From contig CAXXXD010000004.1 in assembly GCA_963663385.2 (NCBI GenBank), forward strand, positions 1,088,001-1,152,000: DNA of 64,000 nucleotides. The letters run 5' to 3'. This stretch comes from Oceanispirochaeta sp. (GTDB lineage: Bacteria > Spirochaetota > Spirochaetia > DSM-2461). Below, piece by piece: positions 1 to 9,714 of the stretch; within the stretch, counting starts at the first letter, position 1, and the number at the start of each line of letters is the position of its first letter. The notes below the pieces were generated by a model, which was given only the letters and a program-made list of their open reading frames with translations, was not told where the DNA came from and ran no database searches. A program made the translations under genes and the position numbers.

Positions 1-1494
1 ACCATCTTTAAAAATGGCGATTTCCCGTATCCCGCTTTTTTCGGCAGCCGTTTCTTCTCCGTTTATAACCCTCAGTATTTTATCCAGCAGGATTTCACCA
101 GCTTCTGCCATATTTGAAGAGCCGTCTTCAATAATTCCTGCATTAAAGTCGATCCACTTCTTCTTATGTTCCGCCAGAGCCGTATTGCTGGCTATCTTAA
201 GAGTGGGAATAAACCCACCCAGAGGGGTCCCCCTTCCGGTTGAAAAAAGGACAAGCTGGCATCCTGCTGTTCCTAGGGCTGTGGTCGCAACAATATCGTT
301 CCCGGGAGCATACAGGAGGTTGAGTCCTTTCTTTTTGATCATTCCGTCCATTTTGACAACATCCACAATCTCTGATTTTCCGGATTTTCTGATGCATCCC
401 AGAGATTTATCTTCCAACGTGGTAATCCCTCCGGCTTTGTTGCCCGGAGAAGGATTCTCATATACAGGCTGATTATTGTCCCTGTAGTAACCCTTATAGG
501 TCTCTATCATATCTTTCGTCATTTCAAAGATCGACTCATCGGCGCACTGTTTCATCAGAACATTTTCCGCTCCGAACATTTCCGGGACTTCAGTCAGAAC
601 GGCCGATCCCCCGGATTTAATTATCCTGTCAGAAACAGATCCGATCAGAGGATTGGCGGTTATACCGGAAAAGGCATCCGAACCGCCGCATTCCAGGCCG
701 ATTATAAGATCGGCCCAGGATCCGTCTGTTCTTACATCTTTTGATGCCGCTTCCAGCAGCTCTTCCAGGAAGGCAATTCCGGCTTCTATTTCATCCGCCT
801 CTTCCTGGGCTTCCAGGTATCTGATCCTTGCGGGATCAGGCTCTTCCGGCATAGTCTCCCGAAAGGCTTTTATCTGGTTGTTTTCACAGCCCAGTCCAAG
901 AATCAGAACTCCTCCCGCATTGGGGTGAAGGGCTATATTCTGCAGTAGATTCCGGGTCCTTTCATGGTCTTCTCCAAGTTGAGAACAGCCGTAGGGATGT
1001 GTGAAACAGTAAACCCCGTCAACACCGGATAGTCCTTCTTCTCCCTTCTTCATCAGGAATCTCTGGAGAATCTGCTGCGCTGTTCCGTTGACACAGCCAA
1101 CAGTTGGAAGAATCCATAGTTCATTGCGAATCCCGGCTTTCCCGTTTTTCCGTTTAAATAATCGGGGAACTGTAGAAAGGGGAATGATATCAGAGCTGTT
1201 TTCCGACGGTTCGTATCTATATTCAGACTGCTCTGACAGACCGGTTTTTATATTATGAATATGGACATGATCTCCCACAGGGATATCTTTGAGAGCATAG
1301 CCGATTACTGCACCATATTTCAGGACAGCTTCGCCCTTACCAATCTTTTCTACGGCAACTTTATGCCCTTTGGGAATATCTTTCAAAACCTGGATTTCAC
1401 TCTGATGGGCATCTACGGTCATCCCGGGTTTCAGGTCGGAAAAGGTTATTCCCACATTATCTTTTTCATCAAGGAAAAACAGGGAGGGGTTCAA
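1..1494 (-). CDS. uxaA: Altronate dehydratase (UxaA family), last few codons run off the window edge
   Basis: Not in the ORF track; translated by hand. TTG start at 1494 overlaps the uxaB stop (TTGA). N-terminus has SAF-like EKDNVG...DIPKGHKVA...KYGAVIG...DHVHIHN. The frame ends GIREIAIFKDG at position 1, matching the UxaA C-terminus. Confidence 0.93.
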   Translation of the reverse strand, partial: MNPSLFFLDEKDNVGITFSDLKPGMTVDAHQSEIQVLKDIPKGHKVAVEKIGKGEAVLKYGAVIGYALKDIPVGDHVHIHNIKTGLSEQSEYRYEPSENSSDIIPLSTVPRLFKRKNGKAGIRNELWILPTVGCVNGTAQQILQRFLMKKGEEGLSGVDGVYCFTHPYGCSQLGEDHERTRNLLQNIALHPNAGGVLILGLGCENNQIKAFRETMPEEPDPARIRYLEAQEEADEIEAGIAFLEELLEAASKDVRTDGSWADLIIGLECGGSDAFSGITANPLIGSVSDRIIKSGGSAVLTEVPEMFGAENVLMKQCADESIFEMTKDMIETYKGYYRDNNQPVYENPSPGNKAGGITTLEDKSLGCIRKSGKSEIVDVVKMDGMIKKKGLNLLYAPGNDIVATTALGTAGCQLVLFSTGRGTPLGGFIPTLKIASNTALAEHKKKWIDFNAGIIEDGSSNMAEAGEILLDKILRVINGEETAAEKSGIREIAIFKDG

Positions 1495-2972
1495 AGGTAC
1501 TCCTCCAGTGTATTTTTCATGCCATTTGTCACAATCTTCATAATATATTCCGCCACTTTCTCATGGAGTCCATCAAGGCTTTTAAGAGAGACTCCCCAGT
1601 GATCATCCAGAGAGAGAATCCTGTCTGCAATGGCCATGGCATCGTCCAGGGATTCAGGGGCTTTCTTCCAGAGTTCTTTATAGAGCTCCAGAAATTCCTT
1701 ATCGTCCTTAACCGGATACTCTTTGCCGTCCAGAGTTCCTCTGTAGAAACAGATCAGGGCGGCCAGAGAGAGAGACATCAGCGGTGGAACCGTAGAATTT
1801 GTTTTATAATACCCCAGGAACTGAGGCAGTAGACGGGTTTTGAACTTGGTCATGGAATTCAGAGAGATGGAAAGCAATTGATGATTAATAAAGGGATTTC
1901 GGAAACGGTTTAAAACGGTTTCCGCATAATCTTTCAGATAGTCTTCAGGCATCCCCAGGTTGGGAATAATCTCATTGTCCAGCAGATTCTGGACAAATAG
2001 GGCGATATTATTATTTTCTACCGCATCTTTAACAAGCTCGATCCCGCACAGATAGGCTACCGGAACCAGAGCCGTATGACAGCCGTTCAGAATCCCGACT
2101 TTTCTCTGTTTGTAAGGTTTCAGATCTTCCACCAGTTTTATGTTCAGTCCGCTGTTTTCCAGATGAAGCTCTTCCGCTACAAATTGGGGCCCCTGGATGA
2201 CAAACAGATGAAAGTACTCTCCTGTTGTAATAAAGCTGTCCTTATATCCCAGTTCCTTTACCAGTTCTTCCACTTCATCTCCGGGATAACCCGTTACAAT
2301 TCGGTCCACAAGGGTTGAACAGAAAGTATTGTCCTTTTTGATCCAGGAGATGAAATCCTGTCCCAGGTTCCAGAGGTGCGCATATTTCAGGACAATTTCT
2401 TTAAGGGCCTCTCCGTTATAATCAATCAGCTCACAGGGAATCAGAATAAAACCGGAATCTGAGGCACCGTTGAATTCCTTATATCGTTCATGGAGGAAAC
2501 GGGTCAGTTTCCCGGGATAGGAAGAGGGGGGACGATCGTCATAATTATCTTCCGGATTATAGGCAATACCTGCTTCAGTCGTATTGGATACGATAAACCG
2601 CAATTGAGGATTTTCCGCCAGCGACAGGAACTGATCATATTCTTTATAGACGGGAATTTCCCGGTCGATGCAGGAAATCAGGCGTTTCTCGTTTTTCAGT
2701 TTTCCCTTATTATCATAGCCCCGTATGATGGAGGTATAAATACCATCCTGTGTATCCAGTAGAGGAGGGAAGTCTGTATCTATGGGGCGTACCACTACAA
2801 CACCGGCATCCAGGCCTTTTTGTTCATTAAGAATATCCACCTGCCAGTCAATGAAACAGCGCAGAAAATTCCCTTCTCCAAACTGAAGGATTTTTAGCGG
2901 TCGTTTCTGTTTTATGCAGCCGTTTCGGGCGGCTACAGATTTATTTAATGCTGTATCTTCTGTATTGCTCAT
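1491..2972 (-). CDS. uxaB: Tagaturonate (altronate) oxidoreductase
   Basis: Motifs ILQFGEGNFLR, SNTTEAGI, LVDRIVTGYP, RFRNPFINHQL; adjacent to uxaA. Confidence 0.95.
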   Translation of the reverse strand: MSNTEDTALNKSVAARNGCIKQKRPLKILQFGEGNFLRCFIDWQVDILNEQKGLDAGVVVVRPIDTDFPPLLDTQDGIYTSIIRGYDNKGKLKNEKRLISCIDREIPVYKEYDQFLSLAENPQLRFIVSNTTEAGIAYNPEDNYDDRPPSSYPGKLTRFLHERYKEFNGASDSGFILIPCELIDYNGEALKEIVLKYAHLWNLGQDFISWIKKDNTFCSTLVDRIVTGYPGDEVEELVKELGYKDSFITTGEYFHLFVIQGPQFVAEELHLENSGLNIKLVEDLKPYKQRKVGILNGCHTALVPVAYLCGIELVKDAVENNNIALFVQNLLDNEIIPNLGMPEDYLKDYAETVLNRFRNPFINHQLLSISLNSMTKFKTRLLPQFLGYYKTNSTVPPLMSLSLAALICFYRGTLDGKEYPVKDDKEFLELYKELWKKAPESLDDAMAIADRILSLDDHWGVSLKSLDGLHEKVAEYIMKIVTNGMKNTLEEYL

Positions 2973-3015
2973 TATTATCTCCTGATAATTGTTTTTGTAT
3001 CTGATAAAAGGAGTC

Positions 3016-3756
3016 TTACTCCCTCTGGTCTTCTGGGAAAACCCGTTTTAATGCCCAGTTTCTGTGCTGAACCATCGCTTCTTCAGCCAGATCGGGATCA
3101 CCCTGCCGGATAGCTTCCATGATTCTTATATGTTCCAGGGGAATTCTGGAGAAATCTTTATCCTTCTGTTTCAGATGAGGCTGATCCTGCATAACGATTC
3201 GCGGAGTCAACTGGCTGAACAGGGATACCAGGACATGGTTCCCTGTAGCATGAGCTATGGCCAGGTGAAAGAGGTAGTCTTCCTCCAGATAATCTTCTTT
3301 GCCGTAGAAGCGGGCCAGAAACTCCTCCTGCCTGGTTTCAATCAGATCCAGATCCGTTTCTGTGCGTCTCTCGGCGGCCAGTCTGGCACACTGAACATCC
3401 AGAATAAACCTGGCTTCCATCAAGTCTGCCATCTTCTGGTTTCGGCTGACAGGTATGGACTGCATCAGCTGCTCCACTGTACCGGCATGCATATTGGCAA
3501 TACGGGTGCCGCTTTGAGGGGAGATCTCAACAAGACCATAGAAGTCCAGTTTCTGCAGAGCTTTTCGGATCGTTCCCCTTGTGGTTTCCATTTTTTCCGC
3601 CAGGGCTCTTTCCGATGGGAGCCTGGCTCCGGGCTGTAGCTGTCCGGAGACCACTAATTCCCTGATTCTTGTGAGAATGAAATCTTCCGGTTCACGGTCA
3701 TTGCCGCTATTTTCAAAAAGTTCAATGGATATGACTGATTTATTATCCGGTTCCAT
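3016..3756 (-). CDS. GntR/FadR-family transcriptional regulator (ExuR/UxuR-like role)
   Basis: wHTH LPSERALAE...RGTIRKAL and FCD domain (EARFILD, DYLFHLAIAHATGN, EH). Confidence 0.9.
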   Translation of the reverse strand: MEPDNKSVISIELFENSGNDREPEDFILTRIRELVVSGQLQPGARLPSERALAEKMETTRGTIRKALQKLDFYGLVEISPQSGTRIANMHAGTVEQLMQSIPVSRNQKMADLMEARFILDVQCARLAAERRTETDLDLIETRQEEFLARFYGKEDYLEEDYLFHLAIAHATGNHVLVSLFSQLTPRIVMQDQPHLKQKDKDFSRIPLEHIRIMEAIRQGDPDLAEEAMVQHRNWALKRVFPEDQRE

Positions 3757-3787
3757 GTAAATCCCCTTGTCTTCTTATTTTAAATTT

Positions 3788-4314
3788 TTATTTACAGGAT
3801 TTGCATTGTCCTTCCATAGTCATTTGCTGTGCATAATTCCAGAAATCATCGGCCAGAGTGCTGTCCCCGAGCCCGTTTCCCGGGAGAATGAAGGCCCGGG
3901 ACCGGGTTATATAAAGGTAAAAATACTCCTTATACCTGAAAACCCGGTGGACGAAGCTCCATTCAAACTGTTGCTGTTCATTCCGGTTTGATACTTCGAT
4001 CTTTTCTTTCTCAAAGCGGGTAGTGTAAATCAGATGCCTTTCGGCGAGTTTATTTTTTTTATCTGATTCCGGAGGCTGATCCTGTAGGAGAGTATATACA
4101 ATCCGGGAGTCACCAGAGCCAGTACAAGGAATAAGCGGAACAGAAAAGGACTCCCCGTTACCAGATTCAAGACACCCAATCCTGACATAACCAGAGGAAA
4201 CAGCATGAGACTGATCCACCGGCCATGGAGCAGAAAACTGTTAAAGAAGGCGAAGTCTCTGAATGTTTTAACATCCACATATGTATCAAACTGATATATT
4301 CTGCTTTGCCCCAT
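3788..4314 (-). pseudogene. YcxB-like membrane protein split by a frameshift in an A8 run
   Basis: ATG at 4314 with AAAGGA RBS gives two TM helices up to QIKK. The YcxB-like C-terminus (FEWSFVHRVFRYKEYFYLY...AFILP) is in another frame. One extra A in the run at 4053-4060 joins them. Confidence 0.7.
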
Positions 4315-4337
4315 CTTATATCCTTTTTCTATCCTGG

Positions 4338-4388
4338 ATTGGTTGACCACATATTTAATTTATACAACTGGTTAACCAGTTGTGTCAA
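4338..4388 (-). promoter_or_regulatory. Sigma70-type promoter with FadR-type operator(s) for the ycxB-like/gntR/uxaB/uxaA operon
   Basis: Minus-strand TTGACA (4388-4383), N18, TATAAA (4364-4359). Perfect 20-bp palindrome ACAACTGGTTAACCAGTTGT (4364-4383) lies between them. A second TGGTTGACCA is at 4340-4349. Confidence 0.8.
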
Positions 4389-4477
4389 TGAATTCCCTGA
4401 TTATTTAACAGATTCCTTCAGGGGATATACGAAAAAAATACTCATACTGTAGCTTTTTATGGTACTATACAGCGGTT

Positions 4478-6388
4478 ATGCCCCTTTTTGAAATCTTCGG
4501 AAACATTATTATACCGGTTCTATCCGGGATTTTTCTCTTTACCTACTTTCTCTATTTTGCGCTTATTGAGGAATCAAAAACCAGTTCGATCCGATACTTT
4601 ACAGTATTTCTCATTTCTTTCTGTGTTTTTCTGTTCGGGCGGCCTGTTCAGATACTTTCAGGGGGGCATCCTTCGCCCCTGATTATCAATAATATCCGTT
4701 CTTTCGTTCTCAGTTCTGTTACCATCCCTATGGTGATCCTTGCAGATTTCTCCCGTCCGGAAAAAGACCGGAGAGACCGGTTTTGGCCTTTGATTATAAT
4801 GGGAGTTCTGGTTGGTGTTGTTTATACAGTATTCAATACTCTGACTACCACCGGAGCGGAAGTTATTTTTACCATAGGAAGCTTTAATGTATACGATTCG
4901 ATAACTCCCAGCCATACAGGACCCTTCTACGGAAGAGAGGTTACCATTGCAATTTATCTTGTTCTGGCCATTATCCTCTTTCTGGATTCCCTGAGTAAAA
5001 TACAACGGGCGAGACACTACAAGGGGATAGGAGAGTTATTCAGAAAGAGGATCTATCTTTATAACACTGGGAAAATGATCTTTGCGTTTACATTTTTCTG
5101 TGGTGCACTGATTCATATGTGGTGGATCTATTATGTAGGCTCCCTGATAGGAGTCTCCTTTCTGGGTTACGGAGTTGCCCTCGATATCAGGGAAAACCGG
5201 AAAAGGATGCAGAAAGTTATTGCCTATATCAGAGAAGATCTGATTCAGGATCTGTCACTGGATGTTCAGATGCATCAACAGGTATCGGATATGCTGAAAC
5301 TGTTGCATATTCCCGAAGACATCAACACCTTTGTTGTGCTTAAAGAAAATCTACATGGAAGGGGTAAAACCAGCAGCAATAATCTGAATGACTCTCTGTT
5401 CAGGGAAGCTGGAAATATTCTGGATAAAATCCTCGGCAGGAATCATTACATACTGATGCCAATGGGCACAGATATGTTCGGGCTCTGTCTTCCTGTTGCT
5501 TCGGAGACAGAGATCTGCCGCAGTACTACAATCAGGGTATGTGAAACACTGAAAAATTCACTGGCTGCCCTTCAGAATTATGATTTTGGCATCGGCCGAT
5601 CCTATAAAGGACTGGAAGACCTTAAAAGCTCCTACCATGAAGCCGTAACGGCTGTGGAATATGCCAACCGGATAGAGGGGGGGCAGGTTATTCATATCAC
5701 GGATATTCAGGATGAAGAACCCCGGAGAGAGTATCCCCTGAAAGAGAAGAGTGCTTTTCTTGCGGCTATCCGTATGGGAGAAAGTGCGAAAGCGCAGGAA
5801 CAGCTTCAGCGTTTAACGGGGCTGCTTTTCAGCTATGGCAGTGAAACTGACAATCTACAGAAAGTCCGTACATATGAGCTTCTGGGCACCATGGTTGAAT
5901 CCGCAATTGCCGGGGGAGGAGATGTGGATGAGCTGCTTGAGATCAGTGAAAAACTGTTTTCTGAATCAGCTATAATCCGTAGTCAGGGGCAGCTGCTGGA
6001 GTGGCTTAAATCCCGTACCGATGAGATCATCCTGATTGTATCCCGTTCTCATTCAAATCGGTATAAAAATCTGGTGATCAGGGCAAAAGAGTATATAAAT
6101 GAGCATTATGCGGAAGCTATCACCGTGCGGGATGTCGCGGATGCCGTCTGTATCAGCGAATCCTATTTTAAAACAATTTTCAAAAAAAGCAGCGGATACT
6201 CCTATTCGGAATATTTAACCATAGTCAGAATGAATCAGGCAAAGAATCTTCTAAATAAAACTGAAAAATCCGTAACCGAGATAGCCCTTGATGTGGGGTA
6301 TCAGACCCCGAACTCCTTCAGTTCCCTTTTTAAAAGAGAAACCGGATTGACTCCCACGCAGTTCAAGAACAGCAGTAAAAAAAACTGA
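4478..6388 (+). CDS. Membrane-anchored AraC-family regulator (multi-TM N-terminus, C-terminal AraC HTH)
   Basis: About 7 hydrophobic segments in the first 235 aa. GIGRSY...LKSSYHEA central domain. C-terminal YINEHY...ISESYF...AKNLL...IALDVGY...FKRETGLTP. Confidence 0.85.
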   Translation: MPLFEIFGNIIIPVLSGIFLFTYFLYFALIEESKTSSIRYFTVFLISFCVFLFGRPVQILSGGHPSPLIINNIRSFVLSSVTIPMVILADFSRPEKDRRDRFWPLIIMGVLVGVVYTVFNTLTTTGAEVIFTIGSFNVYDSITPSHTGPFYGREVTIAIYLVLAIILFLDSLSKIQRARHYKGIGELFRKRIYLYNTGKMIFAFTFFCGALIHMWWIYYVGSLIGVSFLGYGVALDIRENRKRMQKVIAYIREDLIQDLSLDVQMHQQVSDMLKLLHIPEDINTFVVLKENLHGRGKTSSNNLNDSLFREAGNILDKILGRNHYILMPMGTDMFGLCLPVASETEICRSTTIRVCETLKNSLAALQNYDFGIGRSYKGLEDLKSSYHEAVTAVEYANRIEGGQVIHITDIQDEEPRREYPLKEKSAFLAAIRMGESAKAQEQLQRLTGLLFSYGSETDNLQKVRTYELLGTMVESAIAGGGDVDELLEISEKLFSESAIIRSQGQLLEWLKSRTDEIILIVSRSHSNRYKNLVIRAKEYINEHYAEAITVRDVADAVCISESYFKTIFKKSSGYSYSEYLTIVRMNQAKNLLNKTEKSVTEIALDVGYQTPNSFSSLFKRETGLTPTQFKNSSKKN

Positions 6389-6404
6389 TTTTTTCCCTGT
6401 TTTA

Positions 6405-6463
6405 TACAATTTAATAGTTAGAAAGTACAATCGAATAGTCATAAAGTACAAATTCAGAGAAAG
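6405..6463 (+). promoter_or_regulatory. 21-bp-period direct repeats, candidate AraC binding sites upstream of dctP
   Basis: TACAATTTAATAGTTAGAAAG (6405), TACAATCGAATAGTCATAAAG (6426) and a partial third copy TACAAA (6447). Confidence 0.55.
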
Positions 6464-6565
6464 TCAAAATCTTCCATAGAGCGGTATTACGATTCCCGTC
6501 ATAGCATTTAACAGTCATTTGATAATTACTTATCGAGTGATGTAAATACCAAATGGAGGATTCTT

Positions 6566-7591
6566 GTGAAAAAAAGAATTGTTTTACTTTCTGCTGTATT
6601 AATGATGGTCTCTGCCATGGCATGGTCTAATGGTCAGAGTGAAGGTGATGCTGCCGGGGATGGTGAAAAAAAAAGCTACACTTTCAAATTTGCTGAACTC
6701 AACCCCAAAGGCCATATTATGGAACAGGTGGATTCCAGGTTCGCAGAGCTGGTTTATGAAAAATCAGATGGTCGTATTAAAATTGAGGTTTTCCCTGCTG
6801 GTCAGTTAGGTGATGAAAAAACCATGTATCAGTCCCTTCAAATGGGTGGTGGCGCTATCGATATGTGCCGTGGCAACACCAACTCGCTGGGTGATTTCGG
6901 TGTAAAAAAACTAACCCTTTTCGGTCTTCCCTTTATTTTCAGGGACAGAGAACATTTATGGAATGTTCTGAACAGTGAAATCGGAAAAGAGTTCCTGAGA
7001 GAACCTCAGGAAACCGGTACCGGTATGGTTGGTTTGTTCTACCTGGATGAAGGTGCCCGTCATATTTTTACCAAACCCGGTATTGAGATACATAATGTAA
7101 ATGATCTGAAAGGACTGAAACTCAGAGTCCCCACGACCCAGTTGATGTCTGAAACTTTCCAGGCCCTAGGCGTACAGCCTACCCCCATCAGTTTCGGTGA
7201 ACTGTATTCCGCTCTTCAGGCCGGTACCGTTGATGGTGCTGAACAGCCTTACTCCGGTTATTTTTCCAACAACTTCTTTGAAGTGGCTCCCAACTACACC
7301 CTCTCGGGACATACATACAGTCCCTCTATCGTTCTTATGAGTGAAGCGGTATTCAACAAACTGGATGCCGAGGATCAGGCTATTATCATGGAAGCCGGAA
7401 AAGAGGCTGAACAGTATAACCTTTCTTCTATCGAAAAGCTTGACGGCGAATTGATTGAAAAGATCAAAGCCGCCGGTGCCGGTGTCAGTGAAGTTTCTGA
7501 TAAGGTAGCTTATGTTGATCTGGCCAAGCCTGTTGTTATGAAATACATCGAAGGCCTGGAAAGCTATTACGAAGCAATCCTCTCCAAGTAA
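6566..7591 (+). CDS. dctP: TRAP transporter substrate-binding protein
   Basis: Signal peptide; motifs IEVFPAGQLG, LPFIFRD, DLKGLKLRVP, ELYSALQAGTVDGAE. GGAGG RBS before the GTG start. Confidence 0.93.
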   Translation: MKKRIVLLSAVLMMVSAMAWSNGQSEGDAAGDGEKKSYTFKFAELNPKGHIMEQVDSRFAELVYEKSDGRIKIEVFPAGQLGDEKTMYQSLQMGGGAIDMCRGNTNSLGDFGVKKLTLFGLPFIFRDREHLWNVLNSEIGKEFLREPQETGTGMVGLFYLDEGARHIFTKPGIEIHNVNDLKGLKLRVPTTQLMSETFQALGVQPTPISFGELYSALQAGTVDGAEQPYSGYFSNNFFEVAPNYTLSGHTYSPSIVLMSEAVFNKLDAEDQAIIMEAGKEAEQYNLSSIEKLDGELIEKIKAAGAGVSEVSDKVAYVDLAKPVVMKYIEGLESYYEAILSK

Positions 7592-7594
7592 TTG

Positions 7595-7625
7595 AAAAAG
7601 CATACCTCCCATAGGGGAGGTATGC
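7595..7625. terminator. Stem-loop after dctP (terminator or mRNA-stabilising hairpin)
   Basis: GCATACCTCCC-ATAG-GGGAGGTATGC, an 11-bp perfect stem with an A-run on the left side only. Confidence 0.65.
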
Positions 7626-7687
7626 CGTTCCCTGATTGACTATCCCCTGACTCCTCTCGGTCTCCCCGAGGGGGAGAGGTTAATTCT

Positions 7688-7713
7688 CCCCTCCTTCGGA
7701 GGGCGGGGGGAGG
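7688..7713. repeat. Intergenic palindromic repeat family B (CCCCTCC-N3-GGAGGG), copy 1
   Basis: CCCCTCCTTCGGAGGGCGGGGGGAGG; related copies at about 37970 and 52891. Confidence 0.55.
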
Positions 7714-7800
7714 CCAGCCTGAAAAGGTTCGATTATGGAAAGGCCTTAAGGGAATCTATATCTATTCTGAGAGAGGATTCAGTGGGAGAGAGGAGTTCAA

Positions 7801-8376
7801 ATGAAAGCAGTTAAAAAATTTTTTGATATGGTTTACTGGGTATTTCTGACAATCTGTAAAATCGGTTTTATTGGAATGATTGTTATTACAACCTGGGTTA
7901 TTATCAACCGCTATTTCATCAAATCACCCATGACATGGGGTGAACCGGTTGTTCTTATGTTTATGGTTTACATGTCACTTATAAGCGCTGCTCTGGCAAT
8001 CCGGAAAGACACTCATATCCGAATGCAGATTATCGACTTCCTGGTTCCGGAAAAAGTTATGCCGGTTATAAGAGCTTTCGGGCAGGTTCTCATGTTCGGT
8101 TTCGGACTTTTTTTATTTATATACGGCAGCAAATTCTTAAACATTGCCAAACGGAATATCATCACTGGAATGTCTATCAAGTCAAGCTGGCTTTTTTTGG
8201 CCGGGCCCGTTTCAGGGGCCGCCATTATGCTGATGGAAATAGAACGTTTTATTAACTTCTGGCACCGTGTAGTTACTGGGCAAAAGCTTGAAATAACCCG
8301 ATGCCAGGAAGAAGAAGCGGAAGCCCTTGTGGAAGATGCAGCAGAAATCATCCAACACTGCGAGGATAATAAATAA
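7801..8376 (+). CDS. dctQ: TRAP transporter small permease
   Basis: Four TM segments; RYF...WGE...HIRM motif; lies between dctP and dctM. Confidence 0.9.
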   Translation: MKAVKKFFDMVYWVFLTICKIGFIGMIVITTWVIINRYFIKSPMTWGEPVVLMFMVYMSLISAALAIRKDTHIRMQIIDFLVPEKVMPVIRAFGQVLMFGFGLFLFIYGSKFLNIAKRNIITGMSIKSSWLFLAGPVSGAAIMLMEIERFINFWHRVVTGQKLEITRCQEEEAEALVEDAAEIIQHCEDNK

Positions 8377-9686
8377 TGGATCATAATACTATAGCCACCC
8401 TCATTCTGGTGGGATCATTTTTTGTCTTTCTGGTTCTGAGAGTCCCTATCGCATTTGCTATTGGTGTCTCCAGTATTGTGACAACTATCTATCTGGGACT
8501 TCCTATCATGCAGATAGCCCAGCTCATGGTAAAAGGTGTGAATGTCTACACCCTTATGGCTGTTCCGTTTTTTATTATTGCAGGAGAGCTTATGGGGGCC
8601 GGGGGAATCTCAAACCGCCTTATTAAACTCTCCAATGCCATCATAGGATGGATGCGCGGAGGTCTTGCCACGGTAAATGTTATGGCTTCCATGTTTTTCG
8701 GAGGAATCTCCGGATCTTCCACTGCAGACACCGCGTCCCTGGGAACAATTTTGATTCCCATGATGGCCAAAGAAGGGTACGACAAGGAATTCGCCACTAA
8801 TATTACTATGGCCAGTTCCGTTCAGGGGCTGCTTATTCCTCCCAGCCATAATATGGTCATGTATGCCATGGTTGCAGGAGGTGTTTCTGTAGGCCGTCTG
8901 TTCCTGGGGGGGATTATTCCCGGAGTTTTCCTTGGTATTGCCTTGATGGTGTTCAGCTATATCGAAGCTGTCCGTCATAAATACCCCAAAGGTGATCCTT
9001 TCAATTTCAGGACACTGGTCAAAACTCTGGGAGACTCCATATGGGGACTGATCACTGTTCTGATCGTTGTTGTCGGTGTTGTCAGCGGTGTCTTTACCGC
9101 TACCGAGTCTGCGGCGATTGCCGTTGTCTGGGCGATCCTTGTGGGAATCATCGTCTACAAGGAACTCACGCCGGTTAAAATCTGGCATTTGATGGAACGG
9201 TCCCTTAATACTCTGGCTATTGTTATGATCCTGATTTCCACCTCCCAGGTATTCGGATGGCTGCTGACCTATCTCCACATGCCGGAGCTGGTCGCCAACG
9301 GGATTCTCAGTTTTACACAGAACAGGATTGTTATAATGATCATTCTAAATATTGTTATGCTCGTTTTGGGAACCATTATGGATATGTCTGCCATTATTCT
9401 TGTTGCCACTCCGATTCTCCTGCCGATTGCCTGTACAATAGGGATGGACCCGGTACATTTCGGCGTGGTTATGATTCTGAACCTTGGTATCGGACTGATT
9501 ACCCCTCCGGTGGGTGGGACTCTCTTTGTGGGATCTGCTGTTTCGGGTGTGCCCATTGAGAAGCTCGTAAAAAAGCTGCTGCCTTTCTTTATGATTATGA
9601 TTGCAGTACTTCTGATCATATCCTATGCGCCGGATATTGTGATGTTCCTTCCGGATAAACTGATGCCCCTTGCTGCAGGAAACTGA
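8376..9686 (+). CDS. dctM: TRAP transporter large permease
   Basis: Motifs LMAVPFFIIAGELM, FGGISGSSTAD, LIPPS, FTATE, GLITPPVG. Confidence 0.95.
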   Translation: MDHNTIATLILVGSFFVFLVLRVPIAFAIGVSSIVTTIYLGLPIMQIAQLMVKGVNVYTLMAVPFFIIAGELMGAGGISNRLIKLSNAIIGWMRGGLATVNVMASMFFGGISGSSTADTASLGTILIPMMAKEGYDKEFATNITMASSVQGLLIPPSHNMVMYAMVAGGVSVGRLFLGGIIPGVFLGIALMVFSYIEAVRHKYPKGDPFNFRTLVKTLGDSIWGLITVLIVVVGVVSGVFTATESAAIAVVWAILVGIIVYKELTPVKIWHLMERSLNTLAIVMILISTSQVFGWLLTYLHMPELVANGILSFTQNRIVIMIILNIVMLVLGTIMDMSAIILVATPILLPIACTIGMDPVHFGVVMILNLGIGLITPPVGGTLFVGSAVSGVPIEKLVKKLLPFFMIMIAVLLIISYAPDIVMFLPDKLMPLAAGN

Positions 9687-9714
9687 TTGTGAACATTTTT
9701 TATGGGGATTGCCT

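Noticed and set aside
6405..6463. Direct repeats as a possible CRISPR array
   Set aside because: Tandem 21-bp units with no spacers, only 2-3 copies and no cas genes; better explained as regulator sites.
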